Below, one piece after another: positions 10,709-20,867 of a stretch of DNA of 64,000 bases. The first letter of the stretch is position 1, and each line of letters opens with the position of its first letter. Where the stretch lies: the NCBI GenBank assembly GCA_965279525.1, contig CBDIIB010000004.1, positions 480,001-544,000 on the forward strand, read 5' to 3'. This DNA is from Tagaea sp. (GTDB lineage Bacteria > Pseudomonadota > Alphaproteobacteria > CACIAM-22H2). A model generated the notes under the pieces. That model saw only the letters and a list, made by a program, of their open reading frames with translations. It made no database searches and was not told the origin of the DNA. Position numbers and translations under genes: made by a program.

Positions 10709-12907
10709 TCAGCGCTGGCGGCGGCCGCGCTTGAAGTTGCCGCGCGGTGCCCGACCGGGACCTGCATCCATCAGCTCGAATGCCAGACTGCCGGTCAGGC
10801 CGTCGATTTCCCGCAGGCGGACTTCCACAGCCTGTCCAAGGGTATAGACCTTGGCATTCCGGCTGCCGGTCAGCGTGTGGCGACGCTCGTCGAAATGGTA
10901 GAAATCGTTCGGCAGCGAGCGGACCGGCACCAGTCCGTCGGCGCCGATCTCGTTGAGCGTGATGAACAGGCCGAATTTCTGCACGCCCGATATGCGTGCC
11001 TGGAAGGTCGCCCCCTGCCGGTCTTCGAGATATGCGGCGATATAGCGCGCCATCGCGTCGCGCTCGGCCGCTACCGCGCGGCGCTCGGTCGCCGAAATAT
11101 GGTCCCCGGCATCCGCGAAATCGGGGACGGGGCCGGGGTCGAGCAACCCGCCCTCGCCAAGCGCACCCGCCGACACCAGGGCCCGATGCACGAGAAGATC
11201 AGCGTAGCGGCGGATCGGCGACGTGAAGTGCGCGTAGCGCGCGAGCGACAGGCCGAAATGCCCCTGATTGACCGGCGAATAGACCGCCAGCGACTGGCTG
11301 CGCAACACCATCTGGTTGACCAGATGGTGATGGGGCTGGCCCTTCGCCCAGTCGAGGACGCGTCCGAAATCGTGCGGACGCATCGCGGCCCCGCGTGCCA
11401 GACGCAAGCCGAGCCCTTCGAGCGTCTCGCGTAGCGCTTCCACCCTGTCGACGGCTGGCGGCTCGTGCACGCGGTACATGCAAGGCAGGCGCTTGCGCTC
11501 CAGCGTTTCCGCGGCACAGACATTCGCGAGGATCATGAACTCCTCGATCAGCCTGTGGCTGTCGAGGCGCGTGCGGGGTGCGATCTTCGCGACCTTGCCG
11601 TCGGCGCCCAGCTCGACCTTGCGTTCCTCGACGTCGATGTCGAGCGCACCGCGCGCGACGCGGGCCGCGAGCAACGACTTGTAGGCGCCGTAGAGCGGCC
11701 CCACGACCTTGTCGGCGATCCAGCCCGGCGCCTTCTCGTGCCCGTCGGCGATCGCCTGTATGCGTTCATACGTGAAGCGCTGCGCCGAGCGGATCATCGC
11801 GCGCACGAAGCGATGGCTGCGCTTGGTTCCGCTCCTGTCGATGACGATGTGCACGGCCAGCGTCGGCCGGTCCTCGTCCGGTCGCAGCGAACACAGGTCG
11901 TTCGACAGGCGCTCGGGCAGCATCGGCACGACGCGGTCCGGGAAATAGCAGGAATTGCCGCGCTGGTAGGCCGACCGGTCGAGCGCATCGCCCGGGCGCA
12001 CATACCACGAGACGTCGGCGATGGCGACGATCAGCCGCCAGCCACCGATATTGTCGGGGGCGTCGTCGGCCACAGCCATCACGGCGTCGTCAAAATCGCG
12101 CGCGTCGGCACCGTCGATCGTCACGATCGGCAACTCGCGCAGATCCTCGCGTGCGCCGACCGGGGCAGGCTTCGCGCGCTCGGCCTGCGCAAGTGCTTCG
12201 GCAGGAAACACGGTCGGGATGTCCTGCGCGTGGATGGCGATCAGGCTTGCCGACCGCGGATCGCCGAGCCGGCCGATGCGCTCGACCACGCGCGCGCGCG
12301 GCAGGCCGATGCGTCGCTGCGGCAGCAGTTCGGCCAGCACGAGTTCACCCGGCTGGGCTTCGCCGATCGCGTCCGCCTCGATCGTATAGTCGGTCTTCAC
12401 CCGCCGGTCGGTGGGCCGGAGGCGCCAGGCACTGCCCGCCTTCTCGATCTGTCCGACGACGCGCTCGGGCACGAGGTCGGCAAGCCGGACGAGCGTGGCG
12501 ATCCATTCGCCGTCGACGAACTCGAACCGGCCGATCCCGTGCGCGCCGACCGGCGGGGCGGGGTGACCGTCGGCGACCCGGAGGCGTGCAAGCGGCGAGG
12601 GGCCCGTCCATTCCAGCGCCTTGGCCAGCAGCGTCCCGTCCTCGACATCCGTTCCGACGATCTCGAGCGGGATTGCCTCCTTCGACGCCCTGGCGCCGGC
12701 ACGCACGATCCGGCCTTCGCCGACGAAAGCGATCTGCCCGTCGCGGGCCATGTCGCGCAGCAGGTGATTGAGCGCGCGCCGGGCCTCGCCCTTCAGGTCC
12801 AGCTGCTTGATGAGCCGCCGCTTGTCGATCGGTACCGGGATGCGGGCAAGCGTATCCAGGACCAGCTGGGCGGTCAGGCGGGCGGCGGGGCGACTCGTTC
12901 GGGGCAC
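10709..12907 (-). CDS. rnr: Ribonuclease R (GTG start estimated)
   Basis: TIDGADARDFDDA, RGNSCYFPDRVVPMLP, HFTSPIRRYADL, C-terminal S1 domain. Confidence 0.95.
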   Translation of the reverse strand: MPRTSRPAARLTAQLVLDTLARIPVPIDKRRLIKQLDLKGEARRALNHLLRDMARDGQIAFVGEGRIVRAGARASKEAIPLEIVGTDVEDGTLLAKALEWTGPSPLARLRVADGHPAPPVGAHGIGRFEFVDGEWIATLVRLADLVPERVVGQIEKAGSAWRLRPTDRRVKTDYTIEADAIGEAQPGELVLAELLPQRRIGLPRARVVERIGRLGDPRSASLIAIHAQDIPTVFPAEALAQAERAKPAPVGAREDLRELPIVTIDGADARDFDDAVMAVADDAPDNIGGWRLIVAIADVSWYVRPGDALDRSAYQRGNSCYFPDRVVPMLPERLSNDLCSLRPDEDRPTLAVHIVIDRSGTKRSHRFVRAMIRSAQRFTYERIQAIADGHEKAPGWIADKVVGPLYGAYKSLLAARVARGALDIDVEERKVELGADGKVAKIAPRTRLDSHRLIEEFMILANVCAAETLERKRLPCMYRVHEPPAVDRVEALRETLEGLGLRLARGAAMRPHDFGRVLDWAKGQPHHHLVNQMVLRSQSLAVYSPVNQGHFGLSLARYAHFTSPIRRYADLLVHRALVSAGALGEGGLLDPGPVPDFADAGDHISATERRAVAAERDAMARYIAAYLEDRQGATFQARISGVQKFGLFITLNEIGADGLVPVRSLPNDFYHFDERRHTLTGSRNAKVYTLGQAVEVRLREIDGLTGSLAFELMDAGPGRAPRGNFKRGRRQR

Positions 12908-12999
12908 GCCCCCAAAGTGGACCCTGTCCGGCCCCCGGCGCAACGCAGTTGCACAACGAGACCGGCCGTGATTATTTTTTGGGGCGAAACGGAGTCCGG

Positions 13000-13392
13000 A
13001 TGAATTTTCTGATCGTTGACGACGATGCCGACATGCGGCTGACCTTGCGCGACATGCTTGAGTCGCTCGGCGCGCCCCGCGTCTGGGCGGTCGGCGACGG
13101 GAACAAGGCACTCGAGCGCATGCGTGCACTCGAATTCGGGCGCAACGACGTCGTGCTGGCCGACTGGAACATGCGCCCGATGAACGGGCTGGAACTGCTC
13201 GATGTCGTGCGCACCGACCGTAAACTTTGCCAAGTCTACTTCGTGATGATCACTGGCGATTCCGACCAGGAAAAAGTCGTGACCGCACGTGAGCGCGGGG
13301 TCAACGACTACCTCGTCAAGCCGTTCGAAATGCTGGCATTACGGCGAAAACTCGGTACGTTCCTTCCCGCACCGCGCGGTGCCCGGGGCTGA
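13000..13392 (+). CDS. CheY-like single-domain response regulator
   Basis: LIVDDD, LADWNMRPMNG, MIT, YLVKPF; GGAG RBS. Confidence 0.9.
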   Translation: MNFLIVDDDADMRLTLRDMLESLGAPRVWAVGDGNKALERMRALEFGRNDVVLADWNMRPMNGLELLDVVRTDRKLCQVYFVMITGDSDQEKVVTARERGVNDYLVKPFEMLALRRKLGTFLPAPRGARG

Positions 13393-13425
13393 CCCCGGGC
13401 GGACGCCGGCAACGGGGAATTTTCG

Positions 13426-16302
13426 ATGGAGATGCTCGGCTGGGCCGTCGGCGCGCTGGGGTTGGCGGTCGGCATCGTCGGCTGGCGCCTTGCCCTGCAA
13501 GCACGGCGCAACGAGGCGCGCCTCGTCCAGGCCTTGGATGCGCTCGACGAAGGCTTCGCGCTGTGGAGTGCGGACGACAGGCTTCTCCACGCCAACCGCC
13601 GCTATCGCGAGATCTATGCCGAATCCGCTTCCGAACTTACGCTCGGGATCGGCTACGAGACGCATCTGCGAATCCGGCTGTCCGCCCCCAGTGCCGGCGT
13701 GCCACCCGAGGCGCGCGAGGCCTACGTGCGCAAGCGTCTCGAAGACCGCCGCCTCCAGCGCCCGCCATCCGACGTCCCCCAGGCGGAAGGACGCTGGGTG
13801 CGCACGATCGACCGGCGTACGGCCGATGGCTCGACGGTCTCGGTGCGCGTCGACGTCTCCGACATCAAGGCCAGGGAGATCGAATCCCGCCAGCAGACCC
13901 TGCTGCTTCGTTCGACCTTCGACAACATCACCGATGGCCTGATCGTCGTCGACGGCGAGGAGCGGCTGGCGCTGTGGAACGCCAACGCGATCGACATCCT
14001 CGGCCTGCCGCGGAACCTTGCACAGGTCGGCCGTCCGTATCGCGACATCCTGGCGTTCCTCGCCACGCGCGGCGATTTCGGCCCGCCACCGCCAGGCGTC
14101 GCAGGCGATCCGGTTTCGGCGATCCTCGACAACAACGTGGCGCGCCTGCCGGACTCGTTCACGCGCACGCTGGCGACGGAGCGGGTGGTCGAGTTCAACA
14201 AGGTCAAGATGGCCGGCGGCGGCTTTCTGTCCACGCTCGGCGACATCACGCGGCGCATCGCGTCCACCCAGGCCGCCGCGACCGCGCACCGCCGGCTCGT
14301 CGACGCGATCGAGAGCTTCCCCGAAGGCTTCGCGCTGTTCGACGCCGACGACCGCCTCGTCACGTGCAACGCGCGCTATCGAGAGATGTACCGCGCGATA
14401 GCGCCGCTGCTCGTCGCCGGAGCGCGCTTCGAGGACCAGGTCCGCGCACTGGCGAGCACCAACGACAGCCTCGTCGATCCGGTCGCGGTCGAGGCCCACG
14501 TCGCCGACCGTCTGCGCCGGCACCGCGACCCGCGCGAACCTTACGACGTGCGCCGCGCCAACGGACGCTGGATCCGGGCCATCGACCGGCGGACGGCCGA
14601 CGGCGGCACGGTCGCCATCCGCATCGACATCAGCGACCTGCGCCGGCGCGAGACCGTGCTGACGATCGTTGTCGAGACGGCCCAGCGCCTGCTGGTCGAG
14701 ACGCGCTGGCGAAGCCCGGTCGAGGAGATGCTCACGCGGCTTGGCAACGCGCTGGGCGTCAGCCGGACGATGCTGGGCAAGAACAAGACGCGGGCGAACG
14801 GCAAGATCACCCAGAAGGACGTGTTCGAGTGGGACGCGCCGGGTATCGCGCGCATCGTCGGCAATCCGGACTTCGAAGGCTTTCCGATCAAGGACACGGC
14901 TTTCCAGGACTGGCGCCAGGCCCGGTCGCGCGGCGAGACCGTCTACGGCATCGTCAGCGAACTCGACCCGGGCAAGCGCGAATGGCTCGGCCGGCAGGAA
15001 GTACAGTCGCTGATCCGCGTGCCGGTCATGGTCGGGGGCGCCTGGTGGGGCAGCGTGGGCTTCGACCATTGCCGGACGGAGCACCGGTGGGAACCGCTCG
15101 AGATCGAGGCGATCCAGGCGGCGGCCACGCTGATCGGGATGGCGATCCAGCGCGAGATCGCGGCCGAACAGGTCGAGCGCCAGCGCGACGCGCTTTTCCG
15201 CAGCGAGAAGATGGCGGCGATGGGCTCGCTGCTGGCCGGCGTGGCGCACGAACTCAACAATCCGCTCGCGATCGTCGTGGGGCAGGCTTCGCTGCTCTGC
15301 GAGACCGCAGACGACGAGCGCACGCGGACGCGCGCCGACCGCATCGCCAAGGCCGCCGACAGATGTGCCCGCATCGTCAAGACGTTCCTGGCCATGGCCC
15401 GCCAGCGACCGGCCGAGCGGGCGCCGGTCGACCTGCGCGCGGTCGCGCGCAGCACGCTCGACCTGCTGTCCTATGCGCTGAAGGCCGACGGAGTCGATGT
15501 CGAACTCGACCTGCCCGCCGACCTGCCGGACGTGTGGGGTGACGGCGACCAGTTGGCGCAGGTCGTCAGCAATCTCGTGGTCAATGCCCAGCATGCCGTG
15601 CGCGAACGGCCGGCGGACCGCAGGCTGCGCATCGGCGCCGTGCTCGACACCGAGGATTCCGGATACGTGACGCTCGAGATCTCCGACAACGGCGGCGGCG
15701 TTCCCGAGGCGCTGCGGGCCCGGATCTTCGAGCCGTTCTTCACGACCAAGCCGGCCGGTTCGGGGACCGGCGTGGGCCTGTCGGTGTGCCGCGGGATCGT
15801 CGAGGCGCATGACGGCACGATCGAGGTCGACGACGCGCCGGACGGCGGAGCCCGGTTCACGGTGCGTCTTCCTTTCGCACGCCGTGCCGCCGACGACACG
15901 ATTGCCCCGGAAACGGCCCGTCAGCTCCCGCCCGACACGCATGTCCTGCTGGTCGACGACGAGCCGGACATCCTGCGCACGCTGGCCGAGATCTTCGCCG
16001 ATTGCGGTGCACGGACCCAGCTGGCGGCCAATGGCGACGACGCACTTGTGCTGCTTGCCGCGACGGATTTCGATCTCGTGTTCTGCGACATGCGCATGCC
16101 CGGCCTCGACGGCCCGGGTCTCCATCGCAAGGTCTCGGCAAACTATCCGGAACTGGCGCGCCGGTTCGTGTTCGTGACCGGGGACGTGCTCTCCGTCGAA
16201 GTCGCGGGCTACCTCAACGAGACGACCGCCCCGCATATCGAGAAGCCGTTCCGGCGCGACGAGATACTGCGCACGGCGCTGGCGGTTCTCGAACGGAGCT
16301 AG
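13426..16302 (+). CDS. Hybrid sensor histidine kinase (TM, three PAS, GAF, HisKA, HATPase, REC)
   Basis: Three PAS-like repeats, GAF-like segment, VAHELNNPL, FEPFFTTK, GTGVGL, C-terminal receiver (CDMRMP). Confidence 0.92.
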   Translation: MEMLGWAVGALGLAVGIVGWRLALQARRNEARLVQALDALDEGFALWSADDRLLHANRRYREIYAESASELTLGIGYETHLRIRLSAPSAGVPPEAREAYVRKRLEDRRLQRPPSDVPQAEGRWVRTIDRRTADGSTVSVRVDVSDIKAREIESRQQTLLLRSTFDNITDGLIVVDGEERLALWNANAIDILGLPRNLAQVGRPYRDILAFLATRGDFGPPPPGVAGDPVSAILDNNVARLPDSFTRTLATERVVEFNKVKMAGGGFLSTLGDITRRIASTQAAATAHRRLVDAIESFPEGFALFDADDRLVTCNARYREMYRAIAPLLVAGARFEDQVRALASTNDSLVDPVAVEAHVADRLRRHRDPREPYDVRRANGRWIRAIDRRTADGGTVAIRIDISDLRRRETVLTIVVETAQRLLVETRWRSPVEEMLTRLGNALGVSRTMLGKNKTRANGKITQKDVFEWDAPGIARIVGNPDFEGFPIKDTAFQDWRQARSRGETVYGIVSELDPGKREWLGRQEVQSLIRVPVMVGGAWWGSVGFDHCRTEHRWEPLEIEAIQAAATLIGMAIQREIAAEQVERQRDALFRSEKMAAMGSLLAGVAHELNNPLAIVVGQASLLCETADDERTRTRADRIAKAADRCARIVKTFLAMARQRPAERAPVDLRAVARSTLDLLSYALKADGVDVELDLPADLPDVWGDGDQLAQVVSNLVVNAQHAVRERPADRRLRIGAVLDTEDSGYVTLEISDNGGGVPEALRARIFEPFFTTKPAGSGTGVGLSVCRGIVEAHDGTIEVDDAPDGGARFTVRLPFARRAADDTIAPETARQLPPDTHVLLVDDEPDILRTLAEIFADCGARTQLAANGDDALVLLAATDFDLVFCDMRMPGLDGPGLHRKVSANYPELARRFVFVTGDVLSVEVAGYLNETTAPHIEKPFRRDEILRTALAVLERS

Positions 16303-19004
16303 TCGGCCGCGGGTTCGGGCGCCTTCTTGCGCACGCGCTTGGCAGCCGGCGACTTGGCCGCCGGCTTTTCCGCCTTCGCGGCAGCAGCGGGCTTCTCGGC
16401 CTTTGCGGCGGCCTTGGGTGCCGCAGCTTTCTTGGCAGCCGGCGCCTTCTTCGCGCCCTTCTTGCGCACGGGCGCGTCGCCTGCGCGTGCCCTGCGGTCC
16501 GCGATCAGGCGGACGGCATCGTCAAGGCTCACTTCCTCGGGCGTCAGGTCCTTGGGCAGGTTGGCGTAGGTGCTGCCGTGCTTGACGTAGGGGCCGTAGC
16601 GGCCCGCGGCGGCCGTGATCGGCGCACCGTCTTCAGGATGGTTGCCCACGACGCGGCCCACCGGGGCCGCGGCACGCCCGAAGCGCCGGCCGGTCGAAGG
16701 CTGGGCGAGGATGTCGACGGCGCGGTTCAAGCCGATCTCGAGCGCGTCCTGGGTCGTGCCGATCGATTTGTACTTGTCGCCATGCTTGATGTACGGGCCG
16801 AAACGGCCGAGCCCGGCGAGGATCGGCAGGCCATCCTCGGGATGGTTACCGATCGGGCGGGGCAGGGACAGCAGCTTCAGCGCCATCTCGAGGTCCACGT
16901 CCTCCGGCTTCATGTCCTTGGGGATCGACTGGCGCTTGGGTTTGACCTTGTCGCCGCCGGTGCCGAGCTGCACGTAAGGCCCGAACGGGCCGTTGCGAAG
17001 CTGGACTTCCTCGTTGCTTGCCGGATCGACGCCGAGCACCTTGTTGGCGACACCGCCGCCGCTCTCGCCGTCGCCGTTGTCGACGGTGAGGGGGCGCGTG
17101 AAGCTGCAGGTCGGATAGTTCGAGCAGCCGATGAAGGCACCGCGCTTGCCGAGACGCAGTCCCAGACGCCCGCCCGAACATGCGGGGCACACGCGCGCAT
17201 CGGTGCCGCCGGGATTCTCGGGGAAGAAGTGGGGGCCAAGCGCTTCGTCGAGCCGGTCGATGACGTCGCGGATCTTCAGTTCCTTGGTGTCGTCGACCGA
17301 TTTCGAGAAATCGACCCAGAATTCGGCGAGCACCTTGCGCCAGTCGGCACGGCCGCCCGAAATCTCGTCGAGCTGGTCTTCGAGCTTGGCCGTAAAATCG
17401 TATTCGACGTAGCGGCGGAAATAGTTCTCGAGGAACGACGTGACGACGCGGCCGCGGTCTTCCGGCGTGAACCGCTTCTTGTCGAGCTTGACGTAGCCGC
17501 GCTCCTGCAGCGTCTCGAGGATCGAGGCGTAGGTCGAAGGGCGGCCGATGCCGAGCTCTTCGAGCCGCTTGACGAGGCTCGCTTCGGAAAAGCGCGGCGG
17601 CGGCTGGGTGAAATGCTGCTCGGGCTTGACGGGCCCTCGCGGCGTGGCGTCGCCCTCGGCGAGCGGCGGCAGCAGGCGGTTCTCGTCGTCGTCGGCTTCC
17701 GACGGATCGTCGCGGTCTTCGCGATAGAGTGCAAGGAAGCCTTCGAACACGAGCGTGGAGCCGGTCGCGCGCAGCGTCGTGCGCTCGTCGGGCGAGGCGA
17801 GATCGACCGCAACCTGGTCGAGCTGCGCGCTTTCCATCTCGGATGCGACCGTGCGCTTCCAGATCAGGTCGTAGAGCTTCAGGAGATCGTCGGCGAGATA
17901 GCGCTCGACATCCTTGGGGCGGCGCAGCAGGTCAGTGGGGCGGATCGCCTCGTGGGCTTCCTGCGCGTTCTTGGCCTGGGTCTTCCAGATGCGCGGCTGG
18001 TCGGGCAGAAACTTCTTGCCGTACTGCTCGGCGATCAGGGCACGCGCCGCGCGCACCGCTTCGCCCGACAGCGTCACGCTGTCCGTACGCATATAGGTGA
18101 TGAGACCCACGGTCTCGCCGCCGATGTCGAAGCCTTCGTAGAGCTGCTGGGCCATGCGCATCGTGCGCGAGGCGCCGAAGCCGAGCTTGCGCGAGGCTTC
18201 CTGCTGCAGCGTCGAGGTCGTGAAGGGCGCCATCGGGTTGCGGCGCACGCGCTTGCGCTCGACGGTCGCGACCTTATAGGGGTCGCCGGCCTCGATCTTG
18301 GCGACGGCCGCCTGGGCGGCCGCCTCGTTGGCGAGATCGAACTTGTCGAGGCGTGCACCATCCAGATGCGTCAGGCGCGCTTCGAACTTCTCGCCGCCCT
18401 TGGCCGTGAACTGGGCGCCGATCGTCCAGTATTCGCGCGCCCGGAAGCGCTCGATCTCGTTCTCGCGCTCGCAGATGAGGCGCAAGGCCACCGACTGGAC
18501 GCGTCCGGCCGAACGGCTGCCCGGCAGCTTGCGCCACAGCACGGGCGAAAGGTTGAAGCCGACGAGGTAGTCGAGGGCGCGGCGCGCCAGATAGGCGTCG
18601 ACCAGATCGCGGTCGAGGTCGCGCGGGTGGCGCATCGCCTCGATGATCGCGCTCTTCGTGATCTCGTTGAAGACCACGCGCTTGACGTCGATGTCCTTGA
18701 GCTTCTTGGCTTCCTCGAGCACCTCTTTGAGGTGCCAGGAGATCGCCTCGCCCTCGCGGTCGGGGTCGGTTGCCAGGATCAGCGTCGTCACACCCTTGAG
18801 TGCCTTGGTGATCTCGCTGACCGGCTTCTTGGCCCGCTCGCCGATCTGCCAGTGCATCTCGAACTCGCGGTCGGGCTCTACGGCCCCGTCCTTCTCCAGA
18901 AGGTCGCGGACATGCCCGTAGGAGGCGAGTACGCGGTACTCGTCGCCGAGATATTTGTTGATCGTTTTCGCCTTCGAAGGCGATTCGACGATGACGAGTT
19001 TCAT
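16299..19004 (-). CDS. topA: DNA topoisomerase I
   Basis: VIVESPSKAK, ATDPDREGE, SAGRVQS, ITYMRTD, Zn ribbon, C-terminal repeats and K/A-rich tail. Confidence 0.98.
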   Translation of the reverse strand: MKLVIVESPSKAKTINKYLGDEYRVLASYGHVRDLLEKDGAVEPDREFEMHWQIGERAKKPVSEITKALKGVTTLILATDPDREGEAISWHLKEVLEEAKKLKDIDVKRVVFNEITKSAIIEAMRHPRDLDRDLVDAYLARRALDYLVGFNLSPVLWRKLPGSRSAGRVQSVALRLICERENEIERFRAREYWTIGAQFTAKGGEKFEARLTHLDGARLDKFDLANEAAAQAAVAKIEAGDPYKVATVERKRVRRNPMAPFTTSTLQQEASRKLGFGASRTMRMAQQLYEGFDIGGETVGLITYMRTDSVTLSGEAVRAARALIAEQYGKKFLPDQPRIWKTQAKNAQEAHEAIRPTDLLRRPKDVERYLADDLLKLYDLIWKRTVASEMESAQLDQVAVDLASPDERTTLRATGSTLVFEGFLALYREDRDDPSEADDDENRLLPPLAEGDATPRGPVKPEQHFTQPPPRFSEASLVKRLEELGIGRPSTYASILETLQERGYVKLDKKRFTPEDRGRVVTSFLENYFRRYVEYDFTAKLEDQLDEISGGRADWRKVLAEFWVDFSKSVDDTKELKIRDVIDRLDEALGPHFFPENPGGTDARVCPACSGGRLGLRLGKRGAFIGCSNYPTCSFTRPLTVDNGDGESGGGVANKVLGVDPASNEEVQLRNGPFGPYVQLGTGGDKVKPKRQSIPKDMKPEDVDLEMALKLLSLPRPIGNHPEDGLPILAGLGRFGPYIKHGDKYKSIGTTQDALEIGLNRAVDILAQPSTGRRFGRAAAPVGRVVGNHPEDGAPITAAAGRYGPYVKHGSTYANLPKDLTPEEVSLDDAVRLIADRRARAGDAPVRKKGAKKAPAAKKAAAPKAAAKAEKPAAAAKAEKPAAKSPAAKRVRKKAPEPAAD

Positions 19005-19049
19005 CTAACTTTCCGCGTAAACCCCTGTAAGGGGCCGGTTCCTGCGCCG

Positions 19050-20159
19050 TCAGAGACGTCGCGAGACCCGGTTTCCCGGATGCCTGTCGATTGCACCGGC
19101 CAGCTCCAGTTCGAGCAGGGCGGCCAGGACGACGGGGGCGGACAATTGGCACTCGCGCACGATTTCGTCAACTGAGGTGGGGGCAGGGGCAAGCATGCCG
19201 AGGATCGATTCCCGGGCCTTGTCGAGGATAATTTCATCAATATCTGAGGATATTGGAGAAGTATCCTCACTTTGTTTCTCAGGTTCTGAAAGAGGCCGGC
19301 GGAGGATCGCGTCGAGGACGTCCCGGGCGGTCTCGACCAGGGTCGCCCCCTGCCGCAGCAGGTCGTTCGACCCGCCGGCACGGGGGTCGAGGGGGGATCC
19401 GGGGACCGACAGGACCTCGCGCCCCTGCTCGCCGGCAAGCCGTGCGGTGATCAGCGATCCCGACCGCAGGGCCGCCTCGACGACCAGCGTGCCGAGCGAC
19501 AGGCCGGACACGATCCTGTTGCGCCGCGGGAAGTGCCGGGCCTGGGGTGTTTCGCCCAGCCGGACTTCGGAGACGGCTGCCCCGGTCTCGACGATCCTGG
19601 CGAACAGGGCGGCATTCTCGGCCGGGTAGACGACATCGATCCCGCCGGCCATCACGGCGACCGTGCCTGTCGCGAGCGAGCCCTGGTGGGCGGCCGTGTC
19701 GATGCCGCGTGCCAGCCCCGACACGACCGTGAGGCCCGCCTGGCCAAGCTCTTCGGCCAGCATGCGCGCGAATTTCTGCGCGTTGAGCGAGGCGTTGCGG
19801 GCCCCCACCATGGCAAGGCACGGCCGCTTCCAGATATGAGCAAAGCCCCGGACTGCAAGCAGCGGCGGCGCATCCTCGATCTCGGCAAGCAACGGCGGAT
19901 AGTCCGGTTCGCCGCGCGCGACGAAGCGGCCGCCCAGTTTGGCAAGATCGGCGATCTCGCGTTCGGCTTCCATGATCGAGGCGATGCGGATCGATTTCTT
20001 GCCGGCCCGGCGGGCAAGTTCGGGAATGGCAGCGAGGGCGGCAGCAGCGCTTTCATAGCGGCGCAGCAACTGGATGAAAGCGACGGGGCCGACATTCTCG
20101 CTGCGGATTAGCCGCAACCGGTCGCGCCGTTCGACTTCGCTGAGATTTCGCTCCGACAT
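19050..20159 (-). CDS. dprA: DNA-protecting protein DprA
   Basis: VGARNAS, VSGLARGID, HFPRRNRIVSGL, SGSLITA; located between plsY and topA. Confidence 0.95.
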   Translation of the reverse strand: MSERNLSEVERRDRLRLIRSENVGPVAFIQLLRRYESAAAALAAIPELARRAGKKSIRIASIMEAEREIADLAKLGGRFVARGEPDYPPLLAEIEDAPPLLAVRGFAHIWKRPCLAMVGARNASLNAQKFARMLAEELGQAGLTVVSGLARGIDTAAHQGSLATGTVAVMAGGIDVVYPAENAALFARIVETGAAVSEVRLGETPQARHFPRRNRIVSGLSLGTLVVEAALRSGSLITARLAGEQGREVLSVPGSPLDPRAGGSNDLLRQGATLVETARDVLDAILRRPLSEPEKQSEDTSPISSDIDEIILDKARESILGMLAPAPTSVDEIVRECQLSAPVVLAALLELELAGAIDRHPGNRVSRRL

Positions 20160-20210
20160 GCGGACGCGATTAACGCGCAGCACCGGAAGCGAGTCAACCT
20201 GCGGTTAGCG

Positions 20211-20867
20211 TTATTTTTTCTGGCCTATTTTCGGTTCTTCGCCGGCGAGCAGGCGACGGATGTTTGTATGATGCTTGATCCAGACAAGCACGGCGATGGC
20301 CGTGCCGAAGAACACGAGTTGCAGGTCGCCGCCCATTTCCTCTCCCGGCGCCCAGAGCCGCGGCAGATACCAAGCGTAGACGGGTGTCAGGGCAACGGCG
20401 AGCAGCGACGCGAGCGACGACATCCGGAAGACGGCCGCGACGACGGCCCAGGTGGCGCACGCCGCAAGCCCGACCGCCCAGTCGACCGCGATCAGCGTGC
20501 CGAGCGTGGTCGCGACACCCTTGCCGCCCTTGAAGCCGAGCCACACCGGGAATAGATGGCCGAGCAGCGCGCCAAAGCCAGCATAGAGTGCTGCATCCGG
20601 TCCCCACACGGCACGAACGGCGAGTACGGCGAACGCACCCTTTCCGGCATCCAGCAGGAGGGTGGCGAGTGCGAGCCCCTTGCGGCCCGTGCGCAGCACG
20701 TTGGTCGCCCCGATATTGCCCGAACCGATCTTGCGGATGTCGCCGAGCCCGGCGAGCCGCGTGAGAACCAGGCCGAACGGGATCGATCCGATCGCGTAGC
20801 CGATGGCGGTCGCCAGCGCCAGGAACGGCACGGCCGGCGACACCGCCGTCGGATCGAACATCGCCAT
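20211..20867 (-). CDS. plsY: Glycerol-3-phosphate acyltransferase PlsY
   Basis: [45 protein letters not shown]. Confidence 0.96.
   Translation of the reverse strand: MAMFDPTAVSPAVPFLALATAIGYAIGSIPFGLVLTRLAGLGDIRKIGSGNIGATNVLRTGRKGLALATLLLDAGKGAFAVLAVRAVWGPDAALYAGFGALLGHLFPVWLGFKGGKGVATTLGTLIAVDWAVGLAACATWAVVAAVFRMSSLASLLAVALTPVYAWYLPRLWAPGEEMGGDLQLVFFGTAIAVLVWIKHHTNIRRLLAGEEPKIGQKK

Noticed and set aside
16299-16470. K/A-rich tail of TopA as a novelty
   Set aside because: Basic C-terminal tails are a known feature of many bacterial topoisomerase I proteins
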